Source of the DNA: Macrostomum lignano
Taxonomy: Eukaryota
Direction of reading: 5' to 3'
Assembly (NCBI GenBank): GCA_002269645.1
Contig: NIVC01000085.1
Span: 868,001-932,000, forward strand
Length of the DNA stretch: 64,000 nt
Positions 44,440 to 56,649 of this stretch are shown here, piece by piece (the stretch's first letter is position 1; every line of letters begins with the position of its first letter). The notes beneath the pieces are model-generated. The model did no database searches. It saw nothing but the letters and a program-made list of their open reading frames with translations, and had not been told where the DNA came from. Both the position numbers and the translations under genes were made by a program.

Positions 44440-45929
44440 CTAACTCACAAACGTATGGAACTGCACTCCGAGGTGCTGCCTCAAGTAGCGGTTCCTGACT
44501 CGAACCCACCTCCGGGTCGGCTTCCTCAGTCTCTCCAGCTTCTGTCTGACCCAGCCGATCTTCTCCTCGTCCTGCGTCTCCATGGCGACGCGTCTCTCTT
44601 TCTCGATCATCTCCATCTGCTGCAGGCTGAGCTTCACGTGCTCGCGGCAGTCGCTGTAGTGAGCCAGAGTGAGCAGCTCCTCCAAGTCCAGGTCTCCAAG
44701 CAGCTCTCGCTTCCAATCCTTTAGTTTAATTGCAGGTGCGCGATTGCGGAGCAGCTCAGCTTGGAGACTCCAGCTCAGGCAGCGGAAGTTCACGTACAGG
44801 TGGGAGGAGAGAGGCTGCGACAGTCTGGCTGTGAACAGAGTCTGCGTGAACTCGGGAAGGAATGGGAAGTGAGGCGGAGAGTCGCAGGGGAGGCAGAACC
44901 TCCACGCCCAGTCTGAGTCTTCCGGTGGATTTGTAATGTAGATCTCTTTTTGAATATCCTGTGGCTTCAACCCTGACTCAACCTGATGTCTCTGCAGCTC
45001 CATCGCGAGTCTCTCAGCCTCTTCAGATTCTCCGAACTTTAAATGCGCCATGGCGTTCATACACAGGACGGCGCACTTGCACCACTGCAGCTCATGCAGG
45101 AGACTGAGCTGGCTCATCAGGGTTTTTCTGTCGCTCGATTCCGACTGCAGCTCGCTCATACACTGATGCACCACACTGTACACGTCTGCGAATATATTGT
45201 AAAAATCCAACCACCTAGTTCCTTCCCTGATCTCCGTGAAAGCGGGCGACGCTGTCAGAGGCAGCAGAGTGAACAGATGAAAGTAGAACTTCTCTGACTG
45301 CAGAGGTCTCACGAGTCTCCTCAGCTGCTCGACCACTCCGCCGATGTCACTTCTCAGCTCACGAAGTCGGTCTCGAACCTTGTCCTTCGTTTTATCGAAG
45401 TCGCCGCCGATTCCAGCGTTCTTGAAGTAGAGCGGAGCGTCGGACATGAAGAAGTGCGGCATGCACTCATCGGGCGAGCTGCTTGAGTCGATGAAGCTCA
45501 GCATCATGTCGAGAGACTCCTTGAGCAGAGCGATCAGATTGTGGGGCTGCCAAGCGTCAATTTGAGGATCTGTGCCATGCTTCTCCAGCATGAAGAAGAG
45601 CAGAGTCTTTGCATGGTAGGTCTTGAGTCCAGGTGTGTCCAGAGTGAGCGGCAAGTGTCTCTTGAAGATGAACTTGATGAGTGTGAACAGCTGTCCCTGT
45701 ACTGTGCTCAGCTGTCTCATGATGTGTTTCTCATTGAAGCTGAAGCTCACTCTGAGCTCGTTGGTCTCACTCGGTCTGGTCGCCCGAACGAGGTGAACAT
45801 TATCATTACTAGATGGAGTCAGTTTCTCAATTTTGTACTCACAGAAACTGCTGCAGCACTCGATCGCATGGCACGTGTCCTGTGCAGGCCGAACACCGCA
45901 CGGCGTAGCGGTCACTGCAGGTTGGCTGC
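44440..45929 (-). CDS. Mab-21/cGAS-like nucleotidyltransferase, C-terminal exon
   Basis: Open 496 codons after a CTCTGCAG acceptor (phase 1). Contains Mab-21 motifs QDTCHAIEC, LRVSFSFNEKHIM, LKTYHAKTLLFFMLEK, W-x-PHNL and CMPHFF, then a helical extension of about 300 aa. Confidence 0.85.
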
Positions 45930-46519
45930 CTGCAGAGTGCAGTGAGAGGAAAGACGCGTTGTAGCGAGTGATAAAGATGTGTTGGTTTGAAACTGCAGAT
46001 TTTCTCTTGGCTCGTTAGGAATTTCGAGTGTTTGACTGTCTACTTAAACTACATGTGAGAGCTATCCTTTAACAGTAGGAAGACCACGCTATTTTTCCCC
46101 ATGGGGTAAAGACCACGGGGTGTACTCCTATTACAAATACACACTACCCATTTCACGATATCTCGCAAACCGAATTACCGATTTTCGTAAAAGTCCACCA
46201 TATGGATAAAAATTTTCCGCCCTTTCCGACCAACTAACTTTAAAAGTCATCCGACTTCAGTATCGTCAAGATATTCAACTATTATTGTCGAAAACGCTGG
46301 TGGCAAGGACAACCACCACTATACACGTTATAAACTTTTATGGTGAATCCATATTGACTCAATAATTTGGGTCCATCTGTCATAGAGGCCTTTGTTCTCA
46401 GCATCCAAGGAACCAGGTTCCCCTTCATCACCATCTGGAGCATCGTCGGTGACCGTCGGGACTTTCAATAAAAGCACCCGATCGGCATCTCAGAGACGGC
46501 TGCGTTCCCAAAACTGAAA

Positions 46520-46735
46520 TGGAAGAATCCTCTTCTGCAAGCAGCATTCAGTCAGCAGACATAATCGGTGAATGAAATGGACGGTGGCGACTCACTAGAG
46601 TGACCTGTAGACATACAGGCGACCTTTGGACCTTCAACGAAGTGCCACCACGCGGCCCTGACGAGCTGACACCGCCAACATCGTGCTTTTTCTATCAAGG
46701 CACCAAACCAGGCATGTCTGCATATTATAAAATGG
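46520..46735 (+). mobile_element. Possible N-terminal remnant of the piggyBac transposase
   Basis: Acidic stretch followed by LWTFNEVPP..PPTSCFFYQGTKPGM, resembling the W...P..F.G.PG N-terminal pattern of PGBD4-like transposases. Confidence 0.35.
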
Positions 46736-46819
46736 TCCTGCACCGTCTTCAGCATGGTGGCGGTGCAAGCTCGTCAGGGCCCAATGGTGGCACTCCATTG
46801 AAGGTCCTGAAGGTCGTCC

Positions 46820-48486
46820 AGACAGAGCTGAATGCTGAACATGAACAGGCTGGGACCAAAACTGTCGCGATCATGTTCACCAGCAGGGTAAACTGGCATA
46901 TTCGCCCACTAAAGCTTTACGGGGTGGAAATCCCATCCCAGCAAACAAAGTGTCTTGGCGTTACGCTGGACCACCGGCTGAGCTGGTCCACCCACGTCCA
47001 GGCCAAAACCAAAAAAGCTGTCGCGATTCTTGCGCAGCTGCTCAGAGATGTTGGCACCACCTGGGGCCTCACCCCGAAACGGCTCTGGTGGATCTATACC
47101 GCTATGGTCCGACCGGCCGTTACTTACGCCGGCCTTGTCTGGACAAGCGCCTTGCAGATTAAAACCTGCCACGATGCCCTTAAAAAGGTGCAGGGACGCG
47201 CGTGCCGCATGATCCTGAATGCCCCGCTCTCTTCTCCCTTTGCTCCCCTCAACGCCTTTCTTTGTCTTCCGCCTCTGGACATCTTTGTCCGTCGCGAGGC
47301 TGCTACCCGCCGGCTCATCGAGGCGATGGCGAAGCGCAAGATATTGCCGCACTCTGACCTATGTCTTAAAGTTCTGGAGGAGAGCAGGAGCGCGTCTGTC
47401 CTTTCGAACGCTGAGCCGCGCTCCCTCAATCTCTACCAACACTTCAAGGTCAATATACCCTCCAGGGAGAATTCCAACGACAGCTGGGCCCCTCAGGAGG
47501 TTCACTGCTTCACTGACGGATCCTCCAAAGACGATTTATCCGGCTTTGGAGTCTGCATCCTTATCAACGGCCGCGTGATCGCTACTCACGCCCAACACAC
47601 TGGCAGACTCTCCAGCGTCTTCCATAACGAAGTCCTTGCCATCAGCTCCTGTGCAGCTGTGCTCCACTGCAGGGACTTCAAGGACATAAGAATCTTCTTC
47701 CACTCTGACAGCCAGGCCGCTTTGCAAGCCCTGTGTCACACCACTACGAACTCCCGAACAGTCCGCGACTGTATCGGGCAGCTCAACAAGCTGGCTCGGA
47801 GGAACACCGTCCGGCTCACGAGGATCCCAGGACACGCTGGGTTCAAAGGTAACGAGCTCGCCGACTCCCTCGCCAAGGCAGGTAGTTCTGGCTCGCTCCT
47901 TGGCCCCGTGCCCCTGGCCCCTATCCCCGCCACAGTCATTAATCGTAATCGTCCTGCATTTACGCAGATGGGATGGCATTTCCAACTGCCGCCGGTCCCG
48001 TGCGGCTGTGCCCAATCCGTCCCTCAAGCTGCGGAGAATCCTTTTGAACCAAAATCAAAAAGATATCCGCGCTCTCACTATGACCTTCACAGGTCACGGT
48101 TGCTTTGCCAGGCACTGCTTCCTCCGAAGTGTTCGCCGGAGTGAACTCTGCCCCTTCTGCAACCTCGAGAACGAAGATGCCAAACACTTCGTCTGCTATT
48201 GCCCGGCGTTCAACCGAGACCGGCTCAACCACCTCGGGCCCAACCCGTCCCTGGACGACGTTTGCCGGCCCGAGAACATCCCACGGCTCATCCGGTTCCT
48301 CCGGGCCACCAAACGAGCCTCCGTCTTCCCCACCGAAGACAACGCTGCAGACAGGACCGGCAGACCTCCCTGACCGGCCCCGCGCCTTAGCCTATGCGGG
48401 TCTTTCAGGGATTAGCGGAATGGGCGACGCTCGCCTCCCCGCTGCGTCTTCGGACCGCCCTGCAGCTAGGTCAAGTAAGTCAAGTC
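46820..48486 (+). mobile_element. 5'-truncated non-LTR retrotransposon with RNase H (R1/LOA-like), frameshifted
   Basis: RT C-terminus KCLGVTLDHRLSW..WGLTPKRLWWIYTAMVRPAVTYA; RNase H FTDGS..EVLAI..SDSQAAL..IPGHAG..GNELAD; C-terminal TGHG..CPFC..HFVCYCP zinc knuckle; short AAGTC-type tail at 48471-48486. Confidence 0.88.
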
Positions 48487-49572
48487 ATCCGCAATGCCCT
48501 CTGGAGAGATAGGTTCAAGCGGCTGCTTTCCTGCCTTCGGTTCTCTACGACTGCACGGATGTCCAGAAAGGGCACTTGGCCAAAATCCAGCCATTTCTAC
48601 ACCAGCTGCAGCAGGTGTGCAGCAGCAATTACATGCCGCGTCAGCACATTTCCGTGGACGAAACGCTCGTCTTGTACAAAGGGTGTCTGCTGTTCAAGCA
48701 ATACATCCTGACTAAGAGGAGCAGGTACGGTGTCAAGCTGTACTGCCTGTGCCAGTCGGAGACCGGCTACTTGTGGAATTTCGCAGTCCACTCCACGGAG
48801 CACGCGAATGCACAGTTTGGACTGGGACTCGAGTTCGGCGGCCTCTCTATTAGTGAGCGAATTGTGGCCGAGCTGTTTCGTGAACTCCTTCACATGAATT
48901 ATAACGTGTTCACGGACAGCTGGTTCACGTCGCATCGGCTGGCCGTTTGGCTGCTGGCGAAGGGAACTCGGCTCACCGGCACTGTGTAAGTTCGTGGACA
49001 GGAAGAGCAGCGGAACAAAGACCGTGTATCTCCTGGGCACTGCTGAGTCCGTCGGGGAGGCGAGCAGCAGGTGATCGCAAAGCCAGTGACAGTGGTCACC
49101 TACTCGAAGAGTATGGGCGGCGTGGACCGTATGGATTCGGCAGCGAACCCCTATTTGGCCAGCCGGAAAACGCTGCGCTGGTTTCAAAAACTTGCGTTTT
49201 ACTTGCTGCTGCTTCTAGTTCGGAACTCGTGGATCGTCCAACCGCCAGCACGGAGGCACGAAGACTTTCGTGGCATTTCTGTGCAAAGCGGTCAGCATCT
49301 TGGTGGAGGAGACTGGCAGAGGCAGGCGCCATTTCGCTGTCAGGGCAGGCCGTCCTGCAGCAGTCGGACCGGCAGGTGACGGCCCTGCAGTACAGCATTT
49401 GCCGACCAAAGCTCAATTGAACGCTGCCCATGTTCGGCCGCGCAATCGATGCCGCGTTTGCAGCGAGAACCGAATATCCAAGAAGACAGTGTACATATGC
49501 CCTGATTGTCCGGGAATGCCAGCACTTTGCATAGGCCAGTGCTTCAGAAACTGGCACAGCCAACCGCACTGA
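48487..49572 (+). mobile_element. Decayed piggyBac (PGBD4-like) transposase
   Basis: RDRFKRLLSCLRF, ISVDETLVLYKG..FKQY..YGVKLYCLC..TGY, VFTDSWFTS, MGGVDRMD (DDD triad) and a C-terminal Cys-rich RCRVC..CPDC..LC..CFRNWH. Spread over four frames with stops. Confidence 0.92.
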
Positions 49573-49794
49573 CTTTTACAGACCTCGTCTTCATTTTTTT
49601 TTCTTCCACACCCCCGGTTGACTTTGCTCTCTCCTTTCCTAACCCGCTCCCCTTTTTGTCCCCACCCCTTGAATAAAATTTAAGCAAGTATTTATGGAGT
49701 ACCCTAACAAGGCGGTTCCCGTTGCTATGGTATCTATCCAAAATTATCAGTTCTAATCCTGGTTCTGTTCTGTTGGTACTTTCACTTATCTTCT

Positions 49795-50160
49795 CTCTAA
49801 CTATAAAAATCAAAGCTCTGTGTGTCTGTATGTCTGTGTGTGTGGCGGTTCGGGATCGCTATGGACTCCCAAACCGCCTAACCAAATGACACTAAATTTT
49901 ACCTCCACCCTAAACTCACTACGGAGAATGTCTTAGGCTATCTTTAAATTTCCTAAATTTTAGTCTTCCTACCTAAAAGTGCAAAGAACTGCTCAAAATG
50001 CGCGATTTTTTCACTAAATGCTCCATAGCGCTGCTCCACTTCTACCAATCGTCTTCAGTTTAACACAATTAATCTTTAACTATTTTGACACAATCGTGTA
50101 AAATTTCGAGTCTCAAAGTTAATCCTGAACAGCGCTGAGCACTTTTAAATTTAGGCTGTT
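49795..50160 (+). mobile_element. Possible non-autonomous Helitron-like 5' end
   Basis: TCTAACTATAAAAATCAAAGCTCTGTGTGTCTGTATGTCTGTGTGTGT resembles the TC + TATAAA + (GTCT) microsatellite starts of DINE/Helitron-type elements. No 3' CTAG end was identified. Confidence 0.3.
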
Positions 50161-51044
50161 TTCTTCAGCGAGACAGCCACCCCAACCTCCGCCTGCCTGC
50201 CTCTCTTTCCTGATCTGGGCAAAAGGTGTAAATGGGATTTAAAATGACTAACTTTCGGCTGCCATAAATTTGCTTCACGTGAAGCGATTAACTTCAAATT
50301 TGACACAATTTTTCAGTGACTCATTCTCTGTCTAAATTTAAAGTTTTAACTCCGTGTCTCAATCAGGACGGAAACTGTAAGCATGTGAAGTTTGTCTGCT
50401 TTTTCTGTTGTTTGTTCCGCTCACCACTCATTCCCATTCCCCGAGCCCAGACGAAGGATCAGGCGATAGGGCTCAATGTACATAGCGAATCTACAGTGTT
50501 TTGGAATAACTTTTTAATAGCCCTCTCAGTACCCCCGCGAGTGGAGAGGCGTGGAGAGGAGAGACAGTTTAGCGAGAGATTCAAACCACAGATACTATAA
50601 AGTTTATAGTATCTGTGATTCAAACCACTGTCCTCTGTATAGACAAGTCTGCAGCAGTTTAAAGGTGGATGGCAAATCAAGGCGATGTGGGATCTGGGAT
50701 AACTGATTACAAAGCAATCCTACTAAATTAGTTACACTTACACCATGAAAATTTTAACATTAAGATTCGCATAAGGTACTTTATAATTTAAATGGCTCCT
50801 AAGAAATGCGTATTTCCTTGGTTGTTAGACTGCTGCAGACTGCGGTGGTGGAGCTGGAGATACACAAATTCCTCTCAGTCTCAGGGCTGCTAATTGGCAA
50901 GAGAAATGACATGATTAGAGCATGAGAAATGATAACAAAGCAACCATGATAGTACTACGTCCCATAAACTGGCTTTCGAAGCAGGGATCGGCAGATTTTT
51001 ATCTCAAAGGCCAGATAAAGAATCAAGCTCATGGCTGCGGGCCA

Positions 51045-51386
51045 TACGAGAGTGAAAAGGAAAAGGAATAGACTATTAGAAAGAGAGAAGAGGGATAAGA
51101 GAAAAGATAGAAGATAACAGGAGAGACGAGGGGATGAGGAGAGAGCAGAGAATATGGAACGAAGAAGCGAGAGGAGGGGAGAGAGAAGGGAGAGGAAAGA
51201 GTAGAAGTGAGAAGAGGGGAGAGACGAGACAGAGGATCGATGAAAGAGGGGAATAGGGAAGAGTGAGAAGAGATGAGAGATGAGAGAACAGAGAGGCAGA
51301 TGAGAGAGGATCGAGAGGAGAGATTAGAAAGGATAGATAAGAGGGGAGAGGGGGAGAGAGAGGAGTGAGAAGAGAGGATAAGAGAT

Positions 51387-51449
<63 letters not shown>

Positions 51450-52595
51450 GAGAAAGAAGAGAGGGGAAAAGAAGGATGATAGAGTAAAGGGAAGAGGAGA
51501 AAGGAAAGAGATGAGATTGTAGAGATGAGAGAGTAGAGATGGGCGATAAAGGAAAGAGAGAGAGCAGAGTGCAGAGAGACGAGAGAAGAGAATAGAGGGG
51601 ACAAGAGGGAAGAGAAGAGAGGAGTAGAAAAGAGTAGAGTCAGAAGAGGGAAAAAGAACAGTACAAGGAGACAAAAGAGGAGAGAAGGGGCGTAGACATG
51701 ACAAATGAGAGAGCAAAGACGGGAGTAAACGGACGATATATGAGAGGAGAGGAGAGTGGAGAGAGGACAGAGAAGACAAGAGAGGGAGAGAGTATAGAAG
51801 ATGGAAGAGAAGAGAAGAGAAGAGAAGATGGAAGAGAAGAGAAGAGAAGAGAAGAAAGAAGAAAGGAAAGAGAGTCCTGAGTCAAAAAAGGGAAAAGAGA
51901 AGAGTACAAAAGGAGAGAGGTGAGAGAACATATGAGAGTAAAGATGACAGATGAGAGAAGGGAGATCAGAGAGCAGAAACGAGAGTGAACAGATCAGACA
52001 GACGAGAGATGGGAGAGTAGAGAGAAATGAGGAGAGATAAGAAATAAGAGATGAGAGGCGGAGATAAGGGAGAGAAGAGAAGTGAGTGAGGAGAGAGGAG
52101 GGGAGGGGAGAGAATCGAGAGGACAGGGGAAATTGGTGAAAAGGAGGGAGGAGAGGAAAAAGGGGAGAGATTATAGAGAAGAGAGATGGGACAGGAGAGA
52201 GCAGAGAAATGAGAGGAAAGAGAGCAGAGAGAAATGAGAAAAGATAAGATACAGAAGAGAAAAGAAGAGAAAGGAGAGATAAGAGAGCAAAGACGAGAGA
52301 GAAGAAATGAGAGGGAAGAGACAATATAAGAGATGAGAGGAGAGAGTGGACAGAGGAGAGGAGAGAGTTGAGAGAATAGAGGAAAAAGGAGAGAGGAGAG
52401 ATGAGGGAAGTGTTGAGAGAGGGTAGAGTAAGAAGTGAGAAAAGGGGAGAGGGAAGAGAGAGTAGAGAGCAGAGAGAAATGAGAAGAGATAAAAGAGGAG
52501 AAATGAGATATGAGAGACAAGAAACGAGAGAGAAGAGGGGAAACAAAAGAGAAGATAGAAGTTTCAAAGGATCCAAGGGACATAGGGAGAGACAG
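51045..52595. repeat. Polypurine (AG-rich) low-complexity tract, about 1.55 kb
   Basis: Plus strand is almost entirely A/G and includes a (GA)n run. Confidence 0.93.
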
Positions 52596-52822
52596 AGGTA
52601 GAGGTCAGAGTTTGCCTGACATTCTGCGCAGCACCTCAGCCAACAATATCAGTGCTTGCTTCAAATCTTAATTTTAAGCGAATGTATACTCTATTTTATG
52701 TTTATTCTATCCTAACTATTAACAAGTTTTGTTTGAGTTCGACCTCAGATTTTAGAATAGATGCAAAAATAATTCCAGGGATTGGAATTCCCCGGGTTCA
52801 AAATCCGCGGGTTTCAACAGCT

Positions 52823-55285
52823 TGTATTATTCATAAATGATGCTAACACAAACAATGCTCAATATATAATTATTAACGCACTGGGGCGCACGGGACACGA
52901 AATCGGGGTGGGGGTACTCTGGATGTACAGTCAATATTTCAATAGTCAATCAGCTAGTCACTTAGTCATAAGTACAGCGGTAGAATCCAGCGCTGCCTCA
53001 TCTCCCCCCTTCGAGACGGATAGGGGGCATGCCTCGAGTTGGCCGAGCTGGGTAGCGACGTACTGCTGTTTGATTTGGGCCTTGTTCAGATTCGGTGGGC
53101 GGGTCCTGACCGAGTTCGCCAGGCCGGTCCTGACCGAGTTCGCCAGGCCGGTCCTGACCGAGTTCGCCAGGCCGGTCCTGGCCGAGTTCACCAGGCGGGT
53201 CCTGACCGAGTTCGCCAGGCGGGTCCTGACCGAGTTCGCCATGCCGGTCCTGACCGAGTTCGCCAGGCGGGTCCTGACCGAGTTCGCCAGGCGGGTCCTG
53301 ACCGAGTTCGCCATGCCGGTCCTGACCGAGTTCGCCAGGCGGGTCCTGACCGAGTTCGCCAGGCCGGTCCTGACCGAGTTCGCCAGGCCGGTCCTGACCG
53401 AGTTCGCCAGGCCGGTCCTGACCGAGTTCACCAGGCGGGTCCTGACCGAGTTCGCCAGGCGGGTCCTGACCGAGTTCGCCATGCCGGTCCTGACCGAGTT
53501 CGCCAGGCGGGTCCTGACCGAGTTCGCCAGGCGGGTCCTGACCGAGTTCGCCAGGCCGGTCCTGACCGAGTTCGCCAGGCCGGTCCTGACCGAGTTCACC
53601 AGGCGGGTCCTGACCGAGTTCGCCAGGCCGGTCCTGACCAAGTTCGCCAGGCGGGTCCTGACCGAGTTCGCCAGGCCGGTCCTGATCGAGTTCGCCAGGC
53701 GGGTCCTGACCGAGTTCACCAGGCGGGTCCTGACCGAGTTCGCCAGGCCGGTCCTGACCAAGTTCGCCAGGCCGGTCCTGACCGAGTTCGCCAGGCCGGT
53801 CCTGACCGAGTTCGCCAGGCCGGTCCTGATCGAGTTCGCCAGGCGGGTCCTGACCGAGTTCGCCAGGCGGGTCCTGACCCAGTTCGATAGGTAGGCTTTG
53901 GCCGAATCGGTTTGGCTGGACCTGGTCTTCTACAACGCGGCTCAGCTGATCCGCATGCGCCAGGCGATGCGACCGCCTTGACGAGCGATTAGGGCGGTGT
54001 TGGTTCCCTTCTGCACGACGAACTCAGCTCGCTCCTGACGCTGCTGATCACCAGGCGTGTACGACAGGCTCGCTCCGATGGTGTGCGCATGGTTATCGGG
54101 TTGCGTAGTTGTCGACCCATGAGCTGCCACGGGCTCTGCTGGCGCCCAGCATGCGGCACACACCTGTGGTTTAGGAGTACCCTGGACAGGAACGACTCGT
54201 AGCTTTCGGAATGGTCCCACGCCGCAGCTGCTCTCTTGATAGACTGGACCATCCGCTCGGCCAAGCCGTTAGACTGAGGGTGTCGCGGGGAGGTCTTGAT
54301 GGCGCGGCAGCCGATTCTTTCCAGCCAGGCGATCAGATTGGCGTCGTGGAACTCGGCGGCGTTGTCGCTGACCAGCACATGAGGCACGCCGTTTCTAGCA
54401 AAGACTGCCTGCAACACCGGCTTGACTGTCGCCGCGTCCCTGTTTTGCACTCGTACAGCCTCGGGCCAGCCGGACATAGCGTCAACTAGAATGAGCAGGA
54501 GTCCGACCCTCGGCACGTACGCATGATCCATGTGGACTCTGTGCCACGGCTTTTCCTCGTCAGGCCACCTGTGGACACTCTCCAGAACACTCGGGGGCAG
54601 TCTTGAGCAGGTCGGGCAACCTCGCACGTAGGCCTCGACGTCGTTGCAATAGCCAGGCCACCAGGCTGAGTTCTGTAGGCGAGCGCGCGTTGAGCCAGAT
54701 CCATGATGCGTGTCGTGCACAATTCCAAGAATGCTTTGTCGGAGGACAGCCAGGATGACTGGGCGATTACCGTAGCAGAGAACTACCTCGTCGGTCGTGA
54801 GGGCGTGTCGGATGGCCTTGAAAGGTCGTTCGGCCGGCGAGCAGTTTGACCATCTGTTGATTGCAACGCGTTTCATGACATCAAGCAGCAGTCGGTCCCT
54901 TTGGGTCTCTGATTTCAGCTCCTGCCACGGGATCACAGCCTCGCCAGTCCAGTGAATGATGCTTTCCGGCCGCTCTGTCGGCTCGTTGCTGCTTTCACCT
55001 TCGAAATCCAGCCGTGAAAGTGCGTCTACTTGCGGAATCGATTCGCCTTTAGTGGAGATGATGTCATAGTCAAAAGCCATCAGTTTGAGTGCCAATAGGA
55101 GAAGTACGAGCTATCGCATTGACAACCTTCGGCAGCTGGAGCCTCGACCCGAAGATGAATTCAAACGGGCGATGATCCGTTCTGAGAGTGAAGCGCGACC
55201 CTAATAAGAACTGTTTCGCACGCTCCATAGCCCAGACGATCGCCAGTGCCTCTCTCTCGATGTTTGAATACCGTGCTTCTGCACT
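52823..55285 (-). mobile_element. 5'-truncated Ty3/Gypsy LTR retrotransposon (RNase H end, integrase, PPT, 3' LTR)
   Basis: RYSNIEREALAIVWA..TDHRP; integrase HHCC (HDTHH..WWPG..CPTC) and DDE (HMDHA, SDNAAEF, NGLAERMVQ); PPT AAGGGGGGAGA directly followed by TG at 53000; candidate LTR 53000-52823 ending ..AATACA. Confidence 0.92.
53097..53885. repeat. 24-bp minisatellite (GTCCTGACCGAGTTCGCCAGGCGG) inside the Gypsy integrase tail
   Basis: About 33 units; the minus frame reads PGELGQD(P/R) in register with pol. Confidence 0.93.
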
Positions 55286-55913
55286 GCATCAATACACATG
55301 CTCGCTAATGTCATGCTTGTTTATTCACCCTTAAAATTTTATTCAGCACATTTCAGCACCCCGCGAAAGCTGCTTAATGAGACGCCACAGAAGTTCGACG
55401 CTCTCTGAACAGCCAAATTAATGCACCTGTAAGGCATGAGCCCCTGCGCACACTGAGTTCGTCCAGCTTCAGCTTCAGCTGGTCTGGCTTCATAACGTTG
55501 CAGCTGAGCACAGCTGCTCAAACATCATCAGGACTCAGTGCCCCGCAGCAAGGCACCAGTCAGGCAGTCAGGGCGGCTTCAGTTTATTTTGTTTGAATTT
55601 TCCAACTGAGAGCAGCAGCACCTCAGCAGAGCCATGCCGCCTACCGTAGGTCACCCAATCACCGCTGCACCCACTCTGCTGCAATCAAAGCAGTGAATTC
55701 AAAACCCAATGGCCCGCCTCAGCCAGTCGGCATCAGAGTTTTCTTTTCAATTTCGCCTGCCGCTTGTTTCAGCACCCAAGCCGACATTCGCAGTCACAGA
55801 AGCTGCTGGAGGCTGGGCGTCACTCGGTTGCGAATTTAAAATTGAGCAAAGTTAATGGGCTTCCAGTTGCATGCGGATCTCAGCATTGTGATGATGAATC
55901 CAGCCTCACTCAC

Positions 55914-56284
55914 CTGCTCCCGTTGCCACCTGTGCGTGGCCCTCCGTGACCTGCAGCCGAGTGGCGGCTCTGCATGAGTCTTTCTTTCTTTTGCAGCCAC
56001 TTTTCAGATGGAACTCTTGTCCAGAAACCAGCACAGTCCAGTCAATGTCCGAGTCTGCAGCTGTCCTGCCGTTCACTTGCACCAGACTGTTGGCCCAGCC
56101 CTCTGCGTAGCTGCCCGTCATCTGCCGGCGATAGCCATCCTGTGTGAGGACTCGAGCGACTCCTTCCAGCCAGTCAGCCAGTCTCTGCTGACACTCTGCT
56201 CTCTGCTCGGTGAATCCCGCATCGCTAAGCAATCGATGCAGCTTCTCACTCAGACGCCTGTCTTGCTGGGAGTCGTCTGAGAGC
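55914..56284 (-). CDS. Mab-21/cGAS-like nucleotidyltransferase, catalytic exon
   Basis: SEKLHRLLSDAGF..TGSYAEGW..AADSDIDWTVLV gives the GS motif plus DxD of pol-beta-type NTases. Ends GCA G|GTGAGT (phase 1), matching the acceptor at 45930. The start-codon exon was not identified. Confidence 0.82.
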
Positions 56285-56649
56285 CTGGAATGATGCGAGA
56301 TGCGTGTGGGTGATCTGAGTTGGATGGACAGAACAAGCAGGAGAGCTGAGAGTGCAGCTGCTGCTGCTCTCAGACTGGCATCTCAAGCAGGAGATCCCAA
56401 AGACCAGTCCAAAACACATTTCAACCCTGCTGAGTTTTGCAGCAACTTCTGCCCCAAGCTGCCAGCCTGTTGAAAGACGCAATGCGGCAGAGTAGTAGGC
56501 ATGAGGGAAGTTCTGGCACAAAATTGTCAAAATCCCCCTTAGATCAACATCTACTAAGATCTATTCATACATAATGCGCTTACATTTAAATTCAACTATC
56601 ACAATGCAATACCTACACCTCTTTATTTAAATGGGAAAACTAGTCGATT

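Noticed and set aside
46658-46790. Hammerhead ribozyme (CTGACGA in both palindrome arms)
   Set aside because: No GAAA core follows a stem II in either orientation.
46600-48144. Single 514-aa gene as listed in the ORF track
   Set aside because: It is a chimera of pre-junction DNA, a palindrome arm and a truncated LINE pol.
46069-49975. piggyBac TIRs (TTAA-CAGTAGGAAGAC versus GTCTTCCTAC)
   Set aside because: Only a 10-bp match, and no TTAA at the right end.
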